From: Spirochaetota bacterium
Lineage (GTDB): Bacteria > Spirochaetota > UBA4802 > JAFGJZ01
Length of the DNA stretch: 64,000 nucleotides
Assembly (NCBI GenBank): GCA_016934935.1
Contig: JAFGRW010000050.1
Span: 811 to 64,810, forward strand
Reading direction: 5' to 3'
This document shows, one piece after another, positions 58,073-64,000 of this stretch. The first letter of the stretch is position 1; each line of letters starts with the position of its first letter. The translations under genes were made by a program, and so were the position numbers. The notes under the pieces were generated by a model. The model was not told the origin of the DNA. It worked only from the letters and a program-made list of their open reading frames with translations, and made no database searches.

Positions 58073-58912
58073 CTATTTTGTCTTTTTTGCACTGGTTTTC
58101 TTTGCTGCTTTCTTGGTGTTCTTTCTGCTTGTTGAATCAGATTTATTTTGACTGGTTTTGCCTGCTGGTTTTATCTTGGCGATAGAGCTTGGTTTCTTTG
58201 CAGCAGGTTTTTTTGATCTGTTTTTTGTTTTAGTCTGAAGAACAAGGGCGGTGTCACTAAGGTGATAATGAAAATCTGAGTTTTCGACTATTCTATGGTC
58301 GTGTGTCACAATTACAAAGGCTTTGTTATTCTCCTTGGCGAGTTTTATAAAAAGGTTGTTTATATCTTCTGCTGACTCGTCATCAAGGTTTCCGGTAGGT
58401 TCGTCCGCAAGAATAATGTCGGGATTATTTATAACGGCCCTTGCGATAGCAATTCGCTGTCTTTCTCCTCCGGAAAGTGTTTCTGGATGATTTGAAGAAA
58501 TTGCTTTAAGGTTAAGATACTCAATTAGTTCTTTTGCTTTTTTTGAGGCATTTCTTGCAAATGGGTTAAACATTGTTGGCAGAAGAATGTTTTCAAAAGC
58601 GCTGTAATCGTTAAGAAGGTTAAAAAATTGAAATATAAAGCCAATGTTTTTGCTTCTATAAAACGAACGGCGTATATCGCCCCACCTTAGAATGTTTTTT
58701 CCTTTAAAGTAAACCTTGCCGTCATTGGGTTTTAGCAATCCTGAGATTATTCCAAGAAGGGTTGTTTTACCGCATCCTGATTTTCCAGTTATTACTGTAA
58801 TAGTTCCCGGTTCCACAGAAAAATTAACATCGCTAAGAATCATTCTCGAACCGAATTTCAGTTTAATGTTTTCGACTTTAAGTAGTGATATGTTCTGTTT
58901 GTTTTTTTTCAT
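58073..58912 (-). CDS. LolD-like ABC ATP-binding protein with a Lys/Ser/Ala-rich C-terminal tail of about 55 aa
   Basis: GKSGCGKTTLL, LSGGERQRIAIARA, ILADEPTGNLD, VTHD, then ...KTKNRSKKPAAKKPSS...KKAAKKTSAKKTK. Confidence 0.85.
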   Translation of the reverse strand: MKKNKQNISLLKVENIKLKFGSRMILSDVNFSVEPGTITVITGKSGCGKTTLLGIISGLLKPNDGKVYFKGKNILRWGDIRRSFYRSKNIGFIFQFFNLLNDYSAFENILLPTMFNPFARNASKKAKELIEYLNLKAISSNHPETLSGGERQRIAIARAVINNPDIILADEPTGNLDDESAEDINNLFIKLAKENNKAFVIVTHDHRIVENSDFHYHLSDTALVLQTKTKNRSKKPAAKKPSSIAKIKPAGKTSQNKSDSTSRKNTKKAAKKTSAKKTK

Positions 58913-58921
58913 TAAAATACC

Positions 58922-60253
58922 CTATCGTCTCACTGCTTTAAATAGATTTATGTTAGATGCAAATATAGCTGGAAGTAGCGCCGAAGAAGCGGAAACAAGA
59001 GCAGATAATCCCATAGCTATCATAAATACTTCCCTGTTACGTTGAGCAACAAATTCTATACCTGCTATATCCGGTAAAAATGAAGATATTGATTCGGCTG
59101 CATAAGAGAAGAGGTAATTGCCCGCGTAGTATCCAATGATTCCATATATCGCACCGACAATTGCTGCTTCTACAATAAAAGTGATAATTATCCGTATTTT
59201 GGTTACTCCGAGTATACGAGTTAATGAAAATTTATGACTCATATGGTAAACGACATTCAGATTGGCGTTAAAGATAGAGACAATCGTTAAAAGAATAAGA
59301 ATTCCTACGATAGTTAATGAAAAAGCATCGATAATTTTCATTACCTGGTTTGCTTTATCCGCGATTCCGCGATCAGACTTAACCTGTAAACCGAGTTTTT
59401 CGAGTTTATCAACGGTTTCGGGTAATTTTTTAATATCCTTAACCTTTGCATAAAATTGAAGATAATGGTAGCCGCGTTTCCATCTGCCGGAGGAGACCTC
59501 GGCTCGTTTGGAAAAATATGTTATAAAATCCATAGGCACAATGGCTCCAATACGTTCGGTGACATTGGTGAAACTGAAGACTGACACATCCAGATCCGTA
59601 TGTGTTTTTCCCTTGTCTTCTTTGAATTCTATTTTTGCTCCGGGGAAAGGTCGTGGAGATTTGAGAGTTTCGATCTGTATTTCCATGGGAAAGCCTTTCA
59701 GATCCTCAATTTTAAATTGTGGAAGCCCATTGAAATAGAGGTAGTTATTAAGCATAACCAATGTAAATTTTGGTGCTATCAGTTTAAGAGGCCGGCCAGG
59801 CTTATAGTAGAACTGATCCCATTTGGGAATTTTGTTTTTAAAAAACTCTGGTTCTATTGCGAAAAGGGGAAGAATCATTGTGCTTCTGTTGCCAAACATC
59901 TCTCCACGCAGCCTGACCCGGTAATCAAGCATAATTAAAGTGAAAACTTCTGAAAAATCGTCCATTTCGCGAACGGCCTTAACTTGATCAATTGTCAGTT
60001 TCGCGCCCTGTCGTGATGAAGCTGCATAGACATTATCAGCTTTTTCATTAATCGGAAGAATTTCTATCTCATCGATTTCAAGTGAACCTAGCAGATTTTC
60101 ATCAATAAAATCACTGATAGATGTACGAAAAGAGAGATAAATAATTAGAAATGTAATAATAAAAAGTATACCGAAGCTTGAAAAAAAAGAGGTAATTATT
60201 GATTTGAATGAACTGCGTAAACCGTAATAAATTGAGCGTAATAGATGTACCAT
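58922..60253 (-). CDS. FtsX-type ABC permease (LolC/E-like)
   Basis: N-terminal TM, large periplasmic domain, three C-terminal TMs. Located 9 nt upstream of the ATPase gene. Confidence 0.75.
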   Translation of the reverse strand: MVHLLRSIYYGLRSSFKSIITSFFSSFGILFIITFLIIYLSFRTSISDFIDENLLGSLEIDEIEILPINEKADNVYAASSRQGAKLTIDQVKAVREMDDFSEVFTLIMLDYRVRLRGEMFGNRSTMILPLFAIEPEFFKNKIPKWDQFYYKPGRPLKLIAPKFTLVMLNNYLYFNGLPQFKIEDLKGFPMEIQIETLKSPRPFPGAKIEFKEDKGKTHTDLDVSVFSFTNVTERIGAIVPMDFITYFSKRAEVSSGRWKRGYHYLQFYAKVKDIKKLPETVDKLEKLGLQVKSDRGIADKANQVMKIIDAFSLTIVGILILLTIVSIFNANLNVVYHMSHKFSLTRILGVTKIRIIITFIVEAAIVGAIYGIIGYYAGNYLFSYAAESISSFLPDIAGIEFVAQRNREVFMIAMGLSALVSASSALLPAIFASNINLFKAVRR

Positions 60254-60716
60254 AATTAATCCTGATTTGATTTTTATTCAATTATTAGTTTTTATGCCTT
60301 TAAAAAACATATTCGTAAACATTTAACCTTTATAGAGAACTTCGAAAATTATCATATTAATGAGAGAAATCGTCATTAAATTACATGTTTATTGAAAATT
60401 ATCGCAAGTTCCCAGTTAAAATATTAATTATTAAAGGTTCTCTATAATTAAAAAAATATTTGTAAACAGTAAAAAAAGAAAAATAAAAAAAAATGGAAGT
60501 GCATTGGTTAAAAGTACGAAAAGTCGAAATAATATTGATCAAATTTAAACTTCCAAACACGAGGGCACTATATAGAAAAGCGTTTTAAAAATGAAAGGAT
60601 TTTTTTCTTAATTATTTAAAGTGCAAGATGTCTATCGTGTTATAAAATTGACAAAAAAATATCCGTGCCGGTTTTCTTAAAAAACGACACGGACTCTGTT
60701 AATGGTAATGAAAAAA

Positions 60717-62051
60717 CTAAATGCGTGCTTTCGATGCTTCAAAAGCGTAATCTGTTTCTTCCGCGAATGAGTCATCAAGATAATTATCCAGTATCTTGTA
60801 AAAATCATAATTTTTAAGAACATGGTTTCGTGCGTTATCACGCATGGTTTTATAACCTGAGTCATTATTGCGTATTTTTCTTACAAGGTCTGATATTTCG
60901 TTAAACCACAAACTGCTGTCACGTGAGTTTAACACAAAACCGTTTTTTGTATCCTGAACTATATTTCTGGGACCACCAATATGTGACACTATAGCTGGAG
61001 TTCCACAAGAAAGTGATTCTAAAACTGCCATTCCGAAAGTGTCCGTCTCGCTTGGGAAAACAAGAAGATCAGAAGCGGAATATAGAACAGGAAGTTTGCG
61101 ATTTTCGATACGTCCGGTAAAGAAAATATGTTTATGTGTGTTATACTGTTCTTTCAGGCCTTCGTACATTGGGCCTGCACCCGCAAAAATCAGATTAACA
61201 TCATTATTTGCATCAAGAAGAGGTAATAACGACTTTAACATGAAATTAATGTTTTTGTCTTCAGATATTCTTCCGGAATAGATCAGGTTAATGCCTTCGG
61301 GGATACTGAATTCACTTTCGGCTATCGATTTCGCGTTATCTATGGGCCTAAAAATATTTGTGTCAATTCCTCGGTAAAATATCCCCATCTTTTTGTTTCC
61401 AAATCCCCTTTTGCGTAAAATATCAATGTACTCTTTAGTCGGTACAAGCAGGGTGTCTGCAATCAGGTGAAAAAAACGGGTATAAAATTCAACAATTCGC
61501 ACAAGCCAGTTCCACTTGCCTATTACATTATATGCAAGCATTGTGAAATCTGTATGGTAAATAGCAGTTGTTTTAACGCGAAACAGCTTCGCAAATATCA
61601 TTCCGTATGTGCCGATTATACTTGGTGAAGAGAGAAAAATCTCGTCAGGCCTGTAGTTGTAAATTGTGATTAATGATGATATAAGATTAGGTATTTTAAC
61701 CGTCATTGTATGGTAATAAGGAAGTTTAAAGTGAATAACAGGTTTAAGATTCACAACATTCGGAGGAAGATTTGTTATATCTTCATCAGGTAGCATAGAT
61801 GCTACAATTGTTATATCATCTTCACGCTTATGAGCCAGCCATCCTATATTACGTAGAGTAATGGATACTCCATTGAGATCATTTATGGTATCGGTAAACC
61901 AGAGTATACGCTTTTTCCTGGTGGATCTTGCTTCAGATGATCTTTTCTTTGAGTCGTTGTTTTGAATACGATAAAATACATATTCGGCTACTATCCATAA
62001 AAGGAGTCCTGCCCAGAACAAAACAACAATTTGTATTAAAGATATATTCAT
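60717..62051 (-). CDS. GT4-family glycosyltransferase with N-terminal TM anchor
   Basis: PSETDTFGMAVLESLSCGTPAIV (E-x7-E region). The N-terminus is hydrophobic. Confidence 0.8.
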   Translation of the reverse strand: MNISLIQIVVLFWAGLLLWIVAEYVFYRIQNNDSKKRSSEARSTRKKRILWFTDTINDLNGVSITLRNIGWLAHKREDDITIVASMLPDEDITNLPPNVVNLKPVIHFKLPYYHTMTVKIPNLISSLITIYNYRPDEIFLSSPSIIGTYGMIFAKLFRVKTTAIYHTDFTMLAYNVIGKWNWLVRIVEFYTRFFHLIADTLLVPTKEYIDILRKRGFGNKKMGIFYRGIDTNIFRPIDNAKSIAESEFSIPEGINLIYSGRISEDKNINFMLKSLLPLLDANNDVNLIFAGAGPMYEGLKEQYNTHKHIFFTGRIENRKLPVLYSASDLLVFPSETDTFGMAVLESLSCGTPAIVSHIGGPRNIVQDTKNGFVLNSRDSSLWFNEISDLVRKIRNNDSGYKTMRDNARNHVLKNYDFYKILDNYLDDSFAEETDYAFEASKARI

Positions 62052-62437
62052 AAGACTCTCCGTTCAAAAGTATACAGTACTTATGAAGCAATATGCATGC
62101 CATACTTTGAGCGAATTTAATAAAACAAGCGGAGATTGAGAAAAAACCAGAAATAATCTGTCAAAATAAGTGACAAAATGCGTCCAAATGTCACATAAAG
62201 TAGCATAATTTTAAATAATGTCTATTTTAACATGTTAAAAGATTATATTTTTTTTGTAAAGATTATGTTTGGATTGGATCTGTAATTTTTGAATTACGAT
62301 GTATCATTAATGCTACATTTCGTATATGATTAATAACAGTGGAATTGCCCCCTTTTCAAAAATGGTTGTAGTGATAAACTGCTTGCTATCATACGGGACT
62401 GAAGAGTAATTGGTGTATTGGTTATTTAGGTCCGTCA

Positions 62438-63535
62438 ATGTCTGAAATATGTAATAGCATACTATTATTTTTGAAAATGGGGAAATTCTTGAGATTATTT
62501 GCAAAGCTGAATTTTAAGCGTCTGGGTTTTTATCTTGGTTTGATTGCCGGCCCTTTGCTTATATATATATTATTTAGAAATACCGATTTCTCGCTTCTTG
62601 CCGATAAATTATCCGGCTTGCGATTGACCTTTGTTCTTATCATCGCGATAACCACGGTGTCACAGCTTTGTGCTGTTATCGCCTGGTATCTTGCTTTTCC
62701 CGAAAAAATGAAAGTCAAAAGCCTTTACAGTTTATTTAAGATAAGGCTTATTGGAGAAAGTTTTGCTCAGATAAATCCTTTAAACTTGATCGGTGGTGAG
62801 ACCTTCAAGGCGTTATTGTTAAAACGTTGGCTTAAAGTTGGGCTTGCAAAGGGAGCCATGTCTATATTGACTTCACGTATATTGCTTGTCTTATCGATGT
62901 TTCTACTTGCTGTGATTGGCGGTACCATGCTTTTTATGCGGTTTGATTTGGCTGGTATTCGTGTTTATGCTTATGTTTTTCTCGGCATGGTGATTATCTT
63001 ATATTCCTATTCTTTCTATACATTGGGTAAAGGCCATGGCCTTTTTTTCTTTGCTGCGGGTCTTCTTGCTCCCTTGGCTTCCAAAACGGCTATAGCGGCA
63101 AAGGCGGTAAGTCTGTTCAAAGAGATTGATCGTGATATGGTCATTCTTTACAAAAAAAGAAAAAGCGCGTTTTTTTCAGCTTTTTTTCTTTCAATCATGC
63201 ACATGGTTATTGGAGCAACGGAGTACTATGTTATTTTCAAGGCACTTGATGTTGATGTGGGTTTTTTTACATGTATCGTCTTTGATCTTTCATCAACTGC
63301 GGTAAGATCCATGGGGTTTCTTGTTCCGGGACAATTAGGGTTTGAAGAGCTGACAAACAGAATCATGTTCTCGCTGGTGAATCTAAACGATGACTATTTA
63401 TGGCAAACTGTTTCGATTATAAGAAGAGGGCGTCAGTTTTTTTGGATAATTACCGGGTTTATTTTCTATGCCGTGGCTTCCAGGTCTGGCATGGTTCCAG
63501 CGTCTGATAAGGCGAATTATGAAAACAAGCAGTGA
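62438..63535 (+). CDS. Multi-TM flippase-like / lysyl-PG-synthase-TM-region family protein
   Basis: About 8 predicted TM helices. Family assignment is by recalled resemblance only. ATG 62477 is an alternative start. Confidence 0.5.
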   Translation: MSEICNSILLFLKMGKFLRLFAKLNFKRLGFYLGLIAGPLLIYILFRNTDFSLLADKLSGLRLTFVLIIAITTVSQLCAVIAWYLAFPEKMKVKSLYSLFKIRLIGESFAQINPLNLIGGETFKALLLKRWLKVGLAKGAMSILTSRILLVLSMFLLAVIGGTMLFMRFDLAGIRVYAYVFLGMVIILYSYSFYTLGKGHGLFFFAAGLLAPLASKTAIAAKAVSLFKEIDRDMVILYKKRKSAFFSAFFLSIMHMVIGATEYYVIFKALDVDVGFFTCIVFDLSSTAVRSMGFLVPGQLGFEELTNRIMFSLVNLNDDYLWQTVSIIRRGRQFFWIITGFIFYAVASRSGMVPASDKANYENKQ

Positions 63536-63616
63536 CAAAAATGATTTTTTAGTCTTATTTTCTGATCTGAACGATGTTATTTCTTATTATTATTTACTGA
63601 TCTGGAGGATGCAGTT

Positions 63617-64000
63617 TTGAAATTACTTCTGGTAACACACAGATTCCCGCCGTCGGTAGGTGGAATGGAAAACCAATGTTATGAACTTTACAAGGGCTTG
63701 TCGTTAAAGTATCAGGTTGTTTTATGTTCCATGCCGCAAAAAGCGTCACATATCTGGTTTCTTTTAAGCCTCAAATCCAGGATAAAAAAAATACTGAAAA
63801 ATGATCCCGATATAACTCATGTTTATTTTAATGATGCTCTGATCGCGACTGCCGCACCAGCAGTCAAGAAAATATCTGATAAAATACATACGCTTGCCAC
63901 TGTGCATGGTCTGGATGTGGTTTATCCATCAGTTATTTATCAAAAAAAAATTATAGGAAATCTTAATCGGAGTATTGATACAGTAGTTGCGGTTAGCCGG
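63617..64000 (+). CDS. GT4-type glycosyltransferase, N-terminal part (runs off the window)
   Basis: The TTG start lies 7 nt after ggagga. (M)KLLLVTHRFPPSVGGMENQ is typical of the Glyco_trans_4 N-domain. Open to the window end; not in the supplied ORF track. Confidence 0.65.
   Translation, partial: MKLLLVTHRFPPSVGGMENQCYELYKGLSLKYQVVLCSMPQKASHIWFLLSLKSRIKKILKNDPDITHVYFNDALIATAAPAVKKISDKIHTLATVHGLDVVYPSVIYQKKIIGNLNRSIDTVVAVSR

Noticed and set aside
1-64000. CRISPR arrays, rRNA genes, prophage blocks and toxin-antitoxin pairs.
   Set aside because: There are no regularly spaced short repeats; the only close repeat pair is the 30-mer at 22286/22347. No rRNA-like sequence and no recognisable defence or TA gene pairs were seen.

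Overview
This 64-kb window comes from a low-to-moderate G+C bacterium that looks anaerobic and diderm (AdhE/Rex, many Fe-S proteins, LolCDE-like genes, lipoproteins). The phylum cannot be assigned from sequence alone. The window has three parts. (1) 0.2-3.2 kb is a conserved Fe-S/metallocluster-handling cluster: two MinD-like ATPases with ferredoxin inserts, Mrp/ApbC, and a NifX-like protein. (2) 2.9-34.2 kb is an accessory island bracketed by a direct repeat of about 540 nt. The repeat duplicates the 3' part of the NifX-like gene plus a nearly identical, hairpin-rich element of about 200 nt. No integrase or transposase is visible. The island holds a tightly packed 19-kb minus-strand operon with five PQQ-like beta-propeller paralogues, a HydBC/NuoEF-like NADH flavoprotein, a 2Fe-2S/FAD protein, a NapH-like membrane polyferredoxin, a Tat-signal NapG-like ferredoxin, an RnfB-N-like mini-protein, a radical SAM enzyme, a glycosyltransferase-ABC ATPase fusion and a 1029-aa double-FtsX permease. 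Divergent from it is a terpenoid cassette: ferredoxin-domain protein, radical SAM, DUF116-polyprenyl synthase fusion, prenyltransferase-repeat protein, DxDD class II cyclase and a sixth propeller. Two inverted paralogous membrane-anchored AraC regulators bracket this cassette. (3) 34.4-64 kb is housekeeping: rsgA, ilvE, proS, tRNA-Ala, rex-adhE with a Rex operator, rtcB, a hybrid histidine kinase, ruvA, PadR, maf, rel, ispG, LolCDE-like ABC genes and glycosyltransferases. The island is my candidate for an undescribed envelope redox/terpenoid-export system. Its function is inference only. All domain calls rest on motifs read by eye, not on database searches.
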